Notes: generated by a model not told the origin, from the letters alone. Shown: positions 26,512-36,546, numbered from the stretch's first letter. The stretch is DNA of 64,000 nucleotides from Candidatus Saccharimonadota bacterium (GCA_017652765.1 JAGCAJ010000008.1:9230-73229); one strand, 5' to 3'. Program-made: numbers and translations.

Positions 26512-27114
26512 ATGTTACTAGAATCAACTAGGCTCTTAAATTACCCTATTCTTAGTTTACATATGGGCGGGATGATTGCCAAGACGTCCGAGCTAGTAGT
26601 CGACCCAAATAATCTAAAAATTATGGCATTCAAATTGTATGGTCCGGAAGTCGGCAAAGAGGCTGGAGAATATTTGCGCACGGAAAACGTACGAGAATTT
26701 TCGGGGCTGGGTATGGTAGTGGATTCTAGCGATGATTTTGTGAACAGTGATGAAGTAATAAAACTAAAAGAAATACTAGACCTTAATTTTTCTCTAATCG
26801 GTATGAAAGTAGAGAGTAAAAAGGGCACTAAGCTTGGGAAAGTAGGCGGATATTTTGTAAATACCGAGACGTGGCAAGTGCAACAAATTGTCGTAAAGCG
26901 CCCACTGATGAAAGCATTTATGGATCCGGAGCTTTTGATTGGAAAAAGTGAAATCGTAAAAATTACAGACGACAAAATCATTGTAAAAGACGAGGAGTCT
27001 AAAATTCGGCAGAAAGCTACAACGGAAGATTTTGTACCTAATTTTGTGAATCCATTTCGAGAACAGCGTCTTTCGACTGCTGATAATCAAATCCTTGACG
27101 AACCAGATAACTAA
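26512..27114 (+). CDS. PRC-barrel domain protein
   Basis: Two PRC-barrel-like halves (LIGMKVESKKGTKLGKV); start moved to MLLESTR at 26512. Confidence 0.75.
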   Translation: MLLESTRLLNYPILSLHMGGMIAKTSELVVDPNNLKIMAFKLYGPEVGKEAGEYLRTENVREFSGLGMVVDSSDDFVNSDEVIKLKEILDLNFSLIGMKVESKKGTKLGKVGGYFVNTETWQVQQIVVKRPLMKAFMDPELLIGKSEIVKITDDKIIVKDEESKIRQKATTEDFVPNFVNPFREQRLSTADNQILDEPDN

Positions 27115-27793
27115 TTAATTTATCCGGTGTGTATCTACTGCGTTTTTTGTTGATGATTTTTTGAATTTCGTCGGCGTCCGAACGTTCGGAATTGCCTAAT
27201 GATTTTTCGATAGTGGCAGAATCAATGCCTTTTTGGCGGAGCTCCTGGACGAGGCGTTTTTTGCTAATACCCTTTTTATAGTAGCGATTTTCTACGTAGA
27301 ATTTGGCAAAATTCTCATCGCTGACGTAGTTTTTTTCTATGAGGCGCGTAATAACTGCATCGATGTCTGCGTCGGTGTAGAGCGGAATTTCTTTAGTTTT
27401 TAACTTGAATTTGATGCGCTCTTCTTTGGGCTTTTTGCGATTATTTAGGGCTTGGCGATTCATCATTTCGCGACGACGACGCTTCTGGACTAGATGATCG
27501 CGAACTTCTTTAATGGAATGTGGTCGGGACAGGGCATATTCTAGCGTACTAGCGTAGAGCTTACCAAACTCCGAGGCGTGATGACAATCGTTTAGCTCGC
27601 GCGGGGTTAGGCGCCGACCAACTTTAATGTGAAGGTCGACGACCTGGGCGATATCTAGAGAAAAATCAAACTTGTCATTAACAAAAATATTAACGCGATT
27701 CTCGGTCTTGATGGCGGGCTTGATGGCAGTAATCAGATAAGGACGGCTAGCGTCAGGAGAGTCGCTAGAAGATGAAAGTTTAACAATATCCAC
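27038..27793 (-). CDS. recX: Regulatory protein RecX
   Basis: RVNIFVNDKFDFSL, ALSRPHSIKEVRDHL, YVSDENFAKFYV, LRQKGID, YLVRQGF; downstream of recA. Confidence 0.9.
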   Translation of the reverse strand: MDIVKLSSSSDSPDASRPYLITAIKPAIKTENRVNIFVNDKFDFSLDIAQVVDLHIKVGRRLTPRELNDCHHASEFGKLYASTLEYALSRPHSIKEVRDHLVQKRRRREMMNRQALNNRKKPKEERIKFKLKTKEIPLYTDADIDAVITRLIEKNYVSDENFAKFYVENRYYKKGISKKRLVQELRQKGIDSATIEKSLGNSERSDADEIQKIINKKRSRYTPDKLISYLVRQGFDYQQSKDAVLEMDSQN

Positions 27794-28325
27794 GATCTTT
27801 GAACCACCCGTCTAGGATTTTGAAGAATGTTTCATCTTCTCTTAGCGGTTTTTTGACGTAGTCTTTTAGGAAATCTTTTAGCTCGGAATATGGCACCCAC
27901 TTGACCTCGGAGACCTCTTCGTCGTCGAAGTGAAACGCATCCTCTTTGTCTGTCCAATCAACACAATAAGCCCAGTAAACATTCCTCAGATTGCGCCAAG
28001 CCGAGCAGACAAACTCTAAATCCGCAGGAGTAACTTCTGCGCCAATTTCTTCCCTAGCCTCGCGACAAGCGGCATCCTCTACCAGCTCACCATAGTTGAT
28101 GTGGCCCCCGGCAGAAATGTCCCATTCGCCAGGATAATTATCGACTTTGTCGCCACGTTTTTGGAAAAGCAATTCTAGACCGTTGTCTCCATGACGATAA
28201 AGAAAAACCACAGTAGCACCATAAACACTACCATCCTTAGGATTACCAAGCGAGGACGGATAGCCGCCGGTCATCTCTGGCTTGCCGGTCTTATCAAACA
28301 ATTGCCAAAGTTCGTCGTGATGCAT
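27780..28325 (-). CDS. NUDIX hydrolase (IDI-like subfamily)
   Basis: WDISAGGHINYGELVEDAACREAREEIG Nudix box. Confidence 0.9.
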   Translation of the reverse strand: MHHDELWQLFDKTGKPEMTGGYPSSLGNPKDGSVYGATVVFLYRHGDNGLELLFQKRGDKVDNYPGEWDISAGGHINYGELVEDAACREAREEIGAEVTPADLEFVCSAWRNLRNVYWAYCVDWTDKEDAFHFDDEEVSEVKWVPYSELKDFLKDYVKKPLREDETFFKILDGWFKDRGYC

Positions 28326-28327
28326 AG

Positions 28328-29377
28328 CTACTTAGATTCTCCTGAATCTTCTTTTGAGGGGAGGGCCTTTTCGCGGACTTTGGCTTCAATTTCTGCCATG
28401 AGCTCTGGCTTTTCTTTGAAGAGCTTCTTGACGGCTTCGCGACCTTGGCCCAAAGTCTCTCCGTTGTATTTCACAAAGGCGCCAGATTTTTCTAGGATGC
28501 CTTTTTCTACGGCGAGGTCTAGAATGTCGCCAGTTTTGCTAATACCTTCATTGTACATAATGTCGAATTCTGCGGTACGGAAAGGTGCAGAAATCTTGTT
28601 TTTGACAATCTTGACCTTGGTACGGTTACCGGAAATATTGTCGCCATCCTTTATTTGGCCGATACGACGAATGTCGAGACGGACAGAAGCATAAAACTTC
28701 AATGCGTTGCCACCGGTGGTAGTCTCAGGATTACCAAACATGACACCGATTTTCATGCGAATTTGGTTGATAAAAATAACAGTAGCTTTGGATTTGCTAA
28801 TAATACCGGTAAGCTTTCTCATGGCCTGAGACATGAGGCGAGCCTGGAGACCCATCTGGGCATCGCCCATATCGCCGTCGATTTCGGCTTGTGGAACTAG
28901 GGCGGCGACAGAGTCGACTACGATCAAGTCAACCGCACCAGAGCGGACTAGAGTCTCGCAGATTTCTAGAGCTTGTTCGCCGTTATCCGGCTGAGAAATA
29001 AGCAGATCTGCAGTGTTGACACCGATTCTCTTGGCGTAGGCCGGATCTAGGGCGTGCTCTGCGTCGATAAAGGCAGCCTGGCCACCTTGTTTTTGGATTT
29101 CGGCGATAGCATGGAGAGCTAGAGTAGTCTTACCGGAAGATTCTGGACCATAAATCTCTATGATACGACCCTTTGGGTAGCCACCGCCAAGTGCGAGGTC
29201 TAGAGAGAGTGAGCCAGACGGGAGAAGCTCTACGTCAATCTTCCTAGTTTCGCCAAGCTTCATAATAGAACCGTCGCCAAATTGCTTAGTGATTTGAGCA
29301 ATTGCAAGACTTAGGGCTTGGCTTTTGCCGCTGCCTGGCTGCTCGGTTTTTTCGGATTTTTCAGATTTTTTTGCCAT
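28328..29377 (-). CDS. recA: Recombinase A
   Basis: [54 protein letters not shown]. Confidence 0.99.
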   Translation of the reverse strand: MAKKSEKSEKTEQPGSGKSQALSLAIAQITKQFGDGSIMKLGETRKIDVELLPSGSLSLDLALGGGYPKGRIIEIYGPESSGKTTLALHAIAEIQKQGGQAAFIDAEHALDPAYAKRIGVNTADLLISQPDNGEQALEICETLVRSGAVDLIVVDSVAALVPQAEIDGDMGDAQMGLQARLMSQAMRKLTGIISKSKATVIFINQIRMKIGVMFGNPETTTGGNALKFYASVRLDIRRIGQIKDGDNISGNRTKVKIVKNKISAPFRTAEFDIMYNEGISKTGDILDLAVEKGILEKSGAFVKYNGETLGQGREAVKKLFKEKPELMAEIEAKVREKALPSKEDSGESK

Positions 29378-29480
29378 TGATTTTGCTCCTTTGAAAATAA
29401 TTATACCTTATTTTACGCTCCACGGACAAAATCATAAGAGATTTAGGCCAGACAACAATTTGAATGGCGAAGCTGTGTCC

Positions 29481-30983
29481 CTAGATTAGCATGGGCGGAG
29501 ACTTGTCTGCAAGCATGGGCGTTTTGTTTTCTATAATTTTCTTGGCTTTTTGCTTTTTTAATTGAGAGAAGATAAATGTTGTAAAAATTACAACAATTAG
29601 CGGGAGATATAATAAAAATATGAGTGGATTGTTAGCATCCATAGAAACAAGAAAACTCTTTTGCTCGCCAAAGAAATTAGCGACATTAATCTGATAATCT
29701 AGGATAAACTGGGTAGCGCATCCAAGCGGAGCGGCTAAGACTGGAAAAATAATAGCAGAAATGCCCGTCAAAAAGGTCAGACCCATAGCGATAGAAACCG
29801 TAGGCAAAATAAGGAGATTGGCAAAGATAGAAATTAGGGAGATTTGGCCAAAGTAGAAAAGCAAAACCGGAATCGTGAGCAAACCCGCAGAAGCGGACGA
29901 AATCAGCGTGGCAAAGACAAAATTAGGGTTTCTGTCCTTGCCATAGAGAAACTTAGTAAGAAACGGGGCGAGAACTAAAATAGCGGAAAAAGAGAGAAAA
30001 GACAAAAGCCAAGCAAGATCCGTAACATAAAATGGATTATAAATTAGCGTAGCAGAAGCAACTAAAATAATAAGGCGAAGCGGACGAATTTCTCGGCCAA
30101 CATACCACAACAAAAGCGACAAGCCCGTAACTAGCCCGGCGCGGAGCATACTAGGAGAAAGGCCGGTAATGCCGATAAAGAAAAGCGTGGCAGAAATAGC
30201 AGAAAGCAGACTAGCGAACCTAGAGAGACGGCCAAAGATTTTACGTGCAAAGCCTGTCAAAGTAGAAAGATGTGCGCCAGAAGCCACGATAATATGTGTG
30301 AGGCCAATGAGTTGTAAAGTTTCTTTAATTGTCTTGTCGACACCGGATTTTTGGCCAAGCAAGTAGCCTAGGGCGAGGCCACTTTCTGGGGCGGGAATGT
30401 ATGCCTTGATTTTTTCTGCGAAGAAGTTGCGAATCTTTAAAAAGACATCACCAGGCTCGGGGCGAGAAATCTCTTTAAGCTCCGGGCGATAAATTGTCGC
30501 AATATAAGAGCCAAACCCAGAAGATAGTTCCCCGCTGATAGTAATACGATCGGAACGTTGAAGAGTTTTGTTATTTGCCTGGGTAAAAAGATGGCCGGAA
30601 ACTGGTTGTGCGCCGTCTGGGAGATTGATTTCTAAATCTGATAAATTTAGGTTGTATTTACCGTTATTTTCGTCTGGGTCTTTAGAAATTGTGCCAGAAA
30701 TTGTGATGTTTTGGCCAATAAACTGGTTGATATAGTCCTGGGAGATAAAATCAGGGCTAGCACGAGAAAAAGTTAGCAATATTCCAGCAAAAAGTGCAAG
30801 CGGAAGCATAATGTAGCGCGAAATAGCAAGCGACAAAATTAAAAGCGCTATTGCTAAGAATAACCATAACGGCGACACAAAAAAGCTAATGCGGAAAATG
30901 CAAACAATAATACTACCGGCAATAATGCCAAGGGAAAAAGTTAGAAGTAGGAGCGAAGCGTGGAGAGATTTAAATATCTTCAT
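29481..30983 (-). CDS. comEC: ComEC/Rec2 competence channel (no metallo-beta-lactamase domain)
   Basis: GLTHIIVASGAHLS, PSMLRAG, LSFLSFSAI, ANLLILP; start moved to MKIFKS after SD AAGGAG. Confidence 0.9.
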   Translation of the reverse strand: MKIFKSLHASLLLLTFSLGIIAGSIIVCIFRISFFVSPLWLFLAIALLILSLAISRYIMLPLALFAGILLTFSRASPDFISQDYINQFIGQNITISGTISKDPDENNGKYNLNLSDLEINLPDGAQPVSGHLFTQANNKTLQRSDRITISGELSSGFGSYIATIYRPELKEISRPEPGDVFLKIRNFFAEKIKAYIPAPESGLALGYLLGQKSGVDKTIKETLQLIGLTHIIVASGAHLSTLTGFARKIFGRLSRFASLLSAISATLFFIGITGLSPSMLRAGLVTGLSLLLWYVGREIRPLRLIILVASATLIYNPFYVTDLAWLLSFLSFSAILVLAPFLTKFLYGKDRNPNFVFATLISSASAGLLTIPVLLFYFGQISLISIFANLLILPTVSIAMGLTFLTGISAIIFPVLAAPLGCATQFILDYQINVANFFGEQKSFLVSMDANNPLIFLLYLPLIVVIFTTFIFSQLKKQKAKKIIENKTPMLADKSPPMLI

Positions 30984-31087
30984 AGCTCCTTTACGGTTAG
31001 ACCCACACCTGGGTCTATTATTAGCCGAAATAAAGCGAAATTGCAAGCACTAGCGTCAAGCTCTACCCGCGCCAACGATATTACTCG

Positions 31088-31534
31088 TTAGTCGTGGTAC
31101 ATGAGGAGGTCGAAGTAGGCGGAAAGGACACCGACGAGGACGAGCGGACCTTCTATGGATTTAATGAAATTAGAAATCTGGACGGCGAGACTGTCGAAGC
31201 CGATATATTGGGAAATGGTGGTAGAGAGGAGGGCTGTAAGTAGCGTAGCGAAAATCGCCGCCTCGGCGATACGGAGAATACCAAAAAGGCCTCCGCGTGA
31301 CGAACGGAGATAAAGCAAAATCGGGAAAACTAAAATTAGCGCGACAAAGACGCCGGACTGAATGACTTCTAGAGGGAACTTGTCTATAACCTTGCCAATC
31401 CATTCGGCAAAGTTAACGCCGAACATATTGTAGACAGAAAGGCCAGCAATCATAGCAAGATGAGCAGGGCCGGTATGGTGACGGATGAAAAAGAAGAGGA
31501 CGAATAGCGCAACTAATAAGCCTATGAGAATCAT
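31088..31534 (-). CDS. Hypothetical multi-pass membrane protein
   Basis: 148-aa hydrophobic ORF with -10 box 6 nt before ATG. Confidence 0.75.
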   Translation of the reverse strand: MILIGLLVALFVLFFFIRHHTGPAHLAMIAGLSVYNMFGVNFAEWIGKVIDKFPLEVIQSGVFVALILVFPILLYLRSSRGGLFGILRIAEAAIFATLLTALLSTTISQYIGFDSLAVQISNFIKSIEGPLVLVGVLSAYFDLLMYHD

Positions 31535-31570
31535 AGGCTTATTATATCATAAATGGTAGTGCTTATAAAC

Positions 31571-32479
31571 TTAGGCGCCGACTTTGTCTTTGGAGTTCTT
31601 GCGAGTGGCGTTATGTTCGACGTACTCAATAATCTTAGACGCGACGTTTCTACCGGTAATTTTCTCAATACCGAATCCTGGAGAAGCGTTAACTTCCAAA
31701 ACTAGTGGACCACGAGAGGAGCGCATAAGGTCGACACCAGCAACGTGAAGGCCCATGGCCCTGGCGGCGTTAATAGCGAGCTTCTTTTCTTCGTCGGTAA
31801 GTTTAATTGAAGTTCCCTCACCACCCTTGTGAAGGTTGGAGCGGAAATCATCGTCTAGGGATTTTCTCTGCATGCTAGCAACAACACGAGAGCCAACGAC
31901 GAAGGCGCGAATGTCGGTACCGGCGGATTCTTCAATATATTCCTGAAGGAGAATGTTGGTACCGTCTTCATTGTAAAGATAGAAGGCTTGGAGAGCAGAC
32001 TTAGCGGCTTTCTTGGAGTCAGCAAGAACGACGCCGTTACCGTGAGTGCCGGTAGCAAGTTTGATAATAACTGGAAGGCCGATTTGATCAATGAGGTCGT
32101 CAATGTCGGCGGAGTTTCTGGAGACAAGAGTCTTTGGAGTGTCAACGCCGGCCTTAGTCAAAATCTGGGCGGCGCGCAATTTGTCACGAGCACGGGTAAT
32201 CGCGATAGAGCTAGACATAGTCCAGAGGCCTTGCATCTCAAACTGGCGGACGATAGCACAACCGTAGCGAGTCATATTGTTAGAAATGCGCGGAATGATG
32301 GCATCATAGCCCTCAAGTTTTTTGCCGTGATAGTGGACGTCTGGGTGTTTTTCGTCTAAAGAAAGATAGCAGTTCTTGTATTTAATAACATCAACTTCGT
32401 GACCACGAGCCTCGGCTTCTTCTACGAGACGCTTAGTGGAATAGTTGGCGTTGCCGTTAGAGAGAATTGCGATTTTCAT
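31571..32479 (-). CDS. rimK: RimK family alpha-L-glutamate ligase (ATP-grasp)
   Basis: IIPRI, RARDKLRAAQIL, DIRAFVVG, DFRSNLHKGG, GVDLM, LEVNASPG. Confidence 0.95.
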   Translation of the reverse strand: MKIAILSNGNANYSTKRLVEEAEARGHEVDVIKYKNCYLSLDEKHPDVHYHGKKLEGYDAIIPRISNNMTRYGCAIVRQFEMQGLWTMSSSIAITRARDKLRAAQILTKAGVDTPKTLVSRNSADIDDLIDQIGLPVIIKLATGTHGNGVVLADSKKAAKSALQAFYLYNEDGTNILLQEYIEESAGTDIRAFVVGSRVVASMQRKSLDDDFRSNLHKGGEGTSIKLTDEEKKLAINAARAMGLHVAGVDLMRSSRGPLVLEVNASPGFGIEKITGRNVASKIIEYVEHNATRKNSKDKVGA

Positions 32480-33003
32480 ATTGCTCCTTTCTTGTTAGTA
32501 TATTTCTTGTAGAATTCGTGTGGGTCTTCCTGCAATTCCTGTCTTAAAGTCTTGGACTTTTTGATTTTGGGGGGTCGGTCTACTTCGGTCTTTGAGACGT
32601 CAACTAGGAATTTGTCGGAAATAGTGCGACGGCCAATTAGAATTGGGAAATTGTTGCGACTACGGTCGGAGAGATTGAAGAGGGTGCGGATTTTGTGCCC
32701 GGCAATATAAAGCGTAAGGTAGGCGCGGTAGCGAATTTGCTCTTCGCCAGTAGCACTACGCACGACTGCGACTTTGTAATCTCTGCGTTTGATGACTTTG
32801 CCGTTGTAAAATGGGCTAGACTCATCAAAAAGGCGGAATTTTAGTACGCCGTCTTTGTCTATGCGTAAATGGCTTACCCAGATAGAAGATGAATCTGCGC
32901 CAGTATCAATCTTGGCTGGGACGTTCTCGCGTCCGCAGATAGAAACTAGGGTGTTTGAGCCGAGAATTGGTAGTGTCTCTTTAATCATAGGAAAAAATCC
33001 CAT
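32476..33003 (-). CDS. RimK-associated retropepsin-like aspartic protease (PF05618-type)
   Basis: AKIDTGADSSS catalytic motif, LSDRSRNNFPILIGRR; 4-bp overlap with rimK. Confidence 0.88.
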   Translation of the reverse strand: MGFFPMIKETLPILGSNTLVSICGRENVPAKIDTGADSSSIWVSHLRIDKDGVLKFRLFDESSPFYNGKVIKRRDYKVAVVRSATGEEQIRYRAYLTLYIAGHKIRTLFNLSDRSRNNFPILIGRRTISDKFLVDVSKTEVDRPPKIKKSKTLRQELQEDPHEFYKKYTNKKGAI

Positions 33004-33022
33004 TTATTAATGGTATGATTCT

Positions 33023-33068
33023 ATTTTATCACAAAATTATTGACGTGTCAATAGGCTAATGCTAAAAT
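33023..33068. promoter_or_regulatory. Symmetric divergent promoter pair
   Basis: Plus strand TTGACG-17-TAAAAT; minus strand TTGACA-17-TAAAAT; the two -35 boxes form the palindrome TATTGAC-GT-GTCAATA (33038-33053). Confidence 0.8.
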
Positions 33069-33074
33069 AGGGGT

Positions 33075-34043
33075 ATGGAAAACTTATATGAGATACCAGC
33101 GACGGAACTAAGTATGTCTTTGAAGGCATTTGTAGAAATTTTGAAGAAAAAGGGGTGGCCTAAGGCGGAAATTATCCGCGGGGATAGGGTCTTTTTAGAG
33201 CTAACGCGACCAGATGGAAAAATTCTAAGGACGCATTTTCTAACATCGCCTAAGACGAGCTATTTTTCTGGGATGATTGCGTCTGATAAGTTGGCGTCTT
33301 ATTTCTTGCTAGAAAAAGCTGGGGCAAAACAACCGGAAACTTGGATTGTGCCGGAAGATTCCGCAAAGAGGGCCGAGCTCTTTACGCGGATGATAAATAC
33401 GCATGGCAAAGTCGTGATAAAGCCAATCGGTGGAGCGCACGGAAACGGGGTATTTGTAGGAATTGATAGTGCAGAATCAGCAGAAGAAGCATATGCTAAA
33501 GATGCGGAAAACTCAAGAGTATTAGTACAGGAACAGCTCGTGTCCGACAAGCCGGAAGTAAGAGTAATCTGTATAGATTATAAATTTGTAACAGGGTTTG
33601 CAAGAATCCCGGCCATGGTTACTGGCGACGGAACACACACTGTATCGGAGCTAATTAAAATAGAAAATGAGACCCTAAGGACGCCGGCATACAAATCTAA
33701 CCTGGCCTTCATCAATGAAGATGGGGCAAAAAGATATTTAGCACAAACTGGCAAAGCTGGTTATGTGCCGGCTAGTGGTGAAAAAGTACAGGTGATGGGG
33801 ATTTGCAATATTGGGAATGGTGGAACGGTAAAAGACGTTTCCAAGGAAATCACCGAGGAACAGAAAAAGCTGTCAGAAAAAATCGCCCGCGAGTTTGAGC
33901 TACCAGTGATTGGGATTGATTTCTTTGGGGAGAACGTAATTGAAGTAAATAGTGGTCCTTCCCTATTCTATCCGACTGGCGACGATTCTGCGACGATTTG
34001 TGTAGAAAAATATGTTGAGATGATTTCTAAAATGGAGATTTAG
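33075..34043 (+). CDS. Stand-alone ATP-grasp ligase (cyanophycin synthetase/GshF-like ATP-grasp domain)
   Basis: VVIKPIGGAHGNGV, VLVQEQL, EVRVICI, PAMVTGDGTHTVSELI insertion, NIGNGG, GIDF, IEVNSGP. Confidence 0.82.
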   Translation: MENLYEIPATELSMSLKAFVEILKKKGWPKAEIIRGDRVFLELTRPDGKILRTHFLTSPKTSYFSGMIASDKLASYFLLEKAGAKQPETWIVPEDSAKRAELFTRMINTHGKVVIKPIGGAHGNGVFVGIDSAESAEEAYAKDAENSRVLVQEQLVSDKPEVRVICIDYKFVTGFARIPAMVTGDGTHTVSELIKIENETLRTPAYKSNLAFINEDGAKRYLAQTGKAGYVPASGEKVQVMGICNIGNGGTVKDVSKEITEEQKKLSEKIAREFELPVIGIDFFGENVIEVNSGPSLFYPTGDDSATICVEKYVEMISKMEI

Positions 34044-34174
34044 AGAGCTCCGCCTTCTATGCGACCTTCGACCCAGCCAGTGCTGAGGTTTACTATAACT
34101 GAATCTACTCCGTTTACTGCTGGCTCTATACGATGCGTAGCCCAACCAGACGCATCACGAATAACGTATGACAT
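34040..34174 (-). CDS. Unannotated 44-aa peptide (MSYVIRDASGWATHRIEPAVNGVDSVIVNLSTGWVEGRIEGGAL)
   Basis: SD GGAGGT; own promoter TTTACA-17-TATACT (34229-34201); stop overlaps the ATP-grasp stop. Confidence 0.65.
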   Translation of the reverse strand: MSYVIRDASGWATHRIEPAVNGVDSVIVNLSTGWVEGRIEGGAL

Positions 34175-34231
34175 TTTACCTCCAAAAAATTGTTCTTCTA
34201 AGTATAGTGCTAGTGCTTAGAATTGTAAAGA

Positions 34232-34558
34232 CTAAATGCCGAGAGATTCGTCCGAAAGTGGGGCGCTAGAGAACGGACTTTCTAAATCGTCGATATAATC
34301 AACGACTTCTTGGAAATGCTCAATATATTCGTTTAGAGCTTCCTCGGTAATTGCCCCGGAAGACGGGAAGGTGTAATTAGTCTCGGGGAGCTTTTGGACT
34401 TCGTCTTCGTCCGGCAAGAAACCTGGGCGAGAGCGATCGAGATAGATATCTCCGGAGTTGTGATAGACAACTAGACTGACAACTGTAGTAATAATAGCAA
34501 TACTGACAGAAAGAATGCCGAGGACGAGGAGGTTGTGGTTAGTTCTATTCGGCGACAT
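34232..34558 (-). CDS. Hypothetical single-pass membrane protein
   Basis: 108-aa ORF, TM followed by YLDRSRPG; overlaps the upstream gene by 14 bp. Confidence 0.75.
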   Translation of the reverse strand: MSPNRTNHNLLVLGILSVSIAIITTVVSLVVYHNSGDIYLDRSRPGFLPDEDEVQKLPETNYTFPSSGAITEEALNEYIEHFQEVVDYIDDLESPFSSAPLSDESLGI

Positions 34559-35075
34559 CTTTTGCTCCTAGGGTGTTTTTAAGTTTTCTGACGGCGGTAA
34601 GATGCTCAGCAATAAGGTTTCTAAGGTTGGTCGTGGTGGTGGAGAGGACGTCGCGACGACGGCGAGTCTCAACGAGTTTGTTGTAAAAATCTTCGGGGTG
34701 GCCATAACAGTCACTAGCGAGCAAATCGTCTAAAGATTGGGCGTAGGAGGTGTATTCGGAAATGAAATTCTTGCGAGTGTCGACAATCTCGGAATGGAGC
34801 GTAGTAAGGTTGGTGTTTGGCTGGTTGGCGCTAACGAGACGAAGGTTAAGCGGAGTAATGAAGCTCCCCAAAATTCGCTCGTAGGAAGAGCCTAAATAAG
34901 AACGCACGCGAGCGTCGGTGCGCTGGAGAGAGCGGAGGGACTGTTTAATAGATGCGCAATTGTGAACGATAGGGTTGTTGTCTGGGTCGGTCATATCAAG
35001 TGCGGACGCAGGGCGAGACAAAAAGATAGCTAGCAGAATACCAACAATAGCTGGGAGCACAATATATCTCTTCAT
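34545..35075 (-). CDS. Hypothetical secreted helical protein
   Basis: Signal peptide (…SRPASA), two Cys, helical composition; -10 box 7 nt before ATG. Confidence 0.75.
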   Translation of the reverse strand: MKRYIVLPAIVGILLAIFLSRPASALDMTDPDNNPIVHNCASIKQSLRSLQRTDARVRSYLGSSYERILGSFITPLNLRLVSANQPNTNLTTLHSEIVDTRKNFISEYTSYAQSLDDLLASDCYGHPEDFYNKLVETRRRRDVLSTTTTNLRNLIAEHLTAVRKLKNTLGAKDVAE

Positions 35076-35106
35076 TGTATTAATTATAACATGTGGGTAT
35101 GAAAAT

Positions 35107-35128
35107 GGGGCCGTAATATTACGGCCCC
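35107..35128. terminator. Perfect 22-bp palindrome after uraA, probable terminator
   Basis: GGGGCCGTAAT|ATTACGGCCCC. Confidence 0.65.
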
Positions 35129-35145
35129 GAAGTCAGAGAGAAAGG

Positions 35146-36447
35146 TTACTCAGAACGATTTGCCTTGACGGCAAAAGTTCCTTCCGAAGAATCCTCGGTA
35201 GTGCTGCCAAATTCGTAATCTTTACCGGGAAGGATAGCATTTAATAAAATACCAACCACGGCAGAGATGGCTAGACCGTTGCTCGGCAGACCCAGTCCGC
35301 AAACTAGAATCACGCTCACGATGATAAGGTTGCGCGATTTGGACAGAGAAACTTTGTTCTCGAACATGTTGCGGACGCCAATAGCGGAAATCATACCATA
35401 AAGAATGAACGAAATTCCGCCGATAATGGCAGTCGGCATGCTACTAATAACTGCGGAAACCTTGGGGATGAAGCCAAGGAGAATTGCAATTATAGCGGAC
35501 AGACGAATAACGAATGGGTCGTAAACGCCAGTAAGCGCAAGGACGCCAGTATTCTCGCCATAGGTTGTATTAGCGGGCGCACCAAAGAATGCTGCAATAC
35601 TGGTAGCAAGGCCGTCACCAATAAGCGTGCGATGAAGGCCCGGATCCTCTATGAAGTTTTCTTTGGTGGTGGCAGAAATAGCAGAAATATCGCCGACATG
35701 CTCCATCATAGTAGCGAGCGAAATCGGAGTCATTTGCAAAATTGCCACGGTGCCGAATTTGGCTAACGTAATAGGTGGAAGACCAATAATCGCAGAATTA
35801 GCGATATTATTAAAATCAATAGTCTGGATGCCAAAAACAACCTGCATGATAACCGCCACAATGTAAGAAATTACTACACCCATCAAAATCGGAATGACGC
35901 CCCACATACCTTTGCCCCAGATATTAAAAATAATAACTACGGCAATAGCAACAATGGCAAGGAACCAATTCTGGCTAGCGTTACTAATAGCGGAAGGTGC
36001 CAGTGACAGACCGATACAGATAATAATCGGGCCGGTGACGACAGGCGGAAGATAGCGCATGACGCGCTTAACGCCGACAAGCTTAATAATGATCGCGAGA
36101 ACGATATACATAAGTCCGGCAATGACGATACCGCCACAAGCGTAGGCTAACTGCTCGCTTTCTGGCAAACTTACGTAGGCGGGCGCGGATTTAACCGCAG
36201 AAAATCCACCAAGGAATGCAAACGAAGAGCCAAGAAAGGCCGGGACCTTGAACTTAGTCATGACGTGGAAAAGCAACGTGCCAATACCCGCAAAGAGCAA
36301 GGTAGTCTGAACAGGAAGACCCGTCAGAATTGGTACCAAAACAGTTGCGCCAAAAAACGCAAAGACGTGCTGAATGGCCAAAATCAGAATCTTGGACCAG
36401 GAAAGTTCAGCCCTAGCATCATAAATAGGTTTTCTTCCTTTTTCCAT
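35146..36447 (-). CDS. uraA: Uracil/xanthine permease (NCS2/UraA family)
   Basis: QHVFAFFGATVLVP, FLGSSFAF, EHVGD, PANTTYGENTGV signature. Confidence 0.93.
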   Translation of the reverse strand: MEKGRKPIYDARAELSWSKILILAIQHVFAFFGATVLVPILTGLPVQTTLLFAGIGTLLFHVMTKFKVPAFLGSSFAFLGGFSAVKSAPAYVSLPESEQLAYACGGIVIAGLMYIVLAIIIKLVGVKRVMRYLPPVVTGPIIICIGLSLAPSAISNASQNWFLAIVAIAVVIIFNIWGKGMWGVIPILMGVVISYIVAVIMQVVFGIQTIDFNNIANSAIIGLPPITLAKFGTVAILQMTPISLATMMEHVGDISAISATTKENFIEDPGLHRTLIGDGLATSIAAFFGAPANTTYGENTGVLALTGVYDPFVIRLSAIIAILLGFIPKVSAVISSMPTAIIGGISFILYGMISAIGVRNMFENKVSLSKSRNLIIVSVILVCGLGLPSNGLAISAVVGILLNAILPGKDYEFGSTTEDSSEGTFAVKANRSE

Positions 36448-36546
36448 ATTATTACCCCCTTCTTTTAAAGAACGTCAATTTGAATTATAAAATTTTTCTC
36501 TCTGAACTGGGTTTATTATATCAGAGATTTATAGATACGACAAAAA

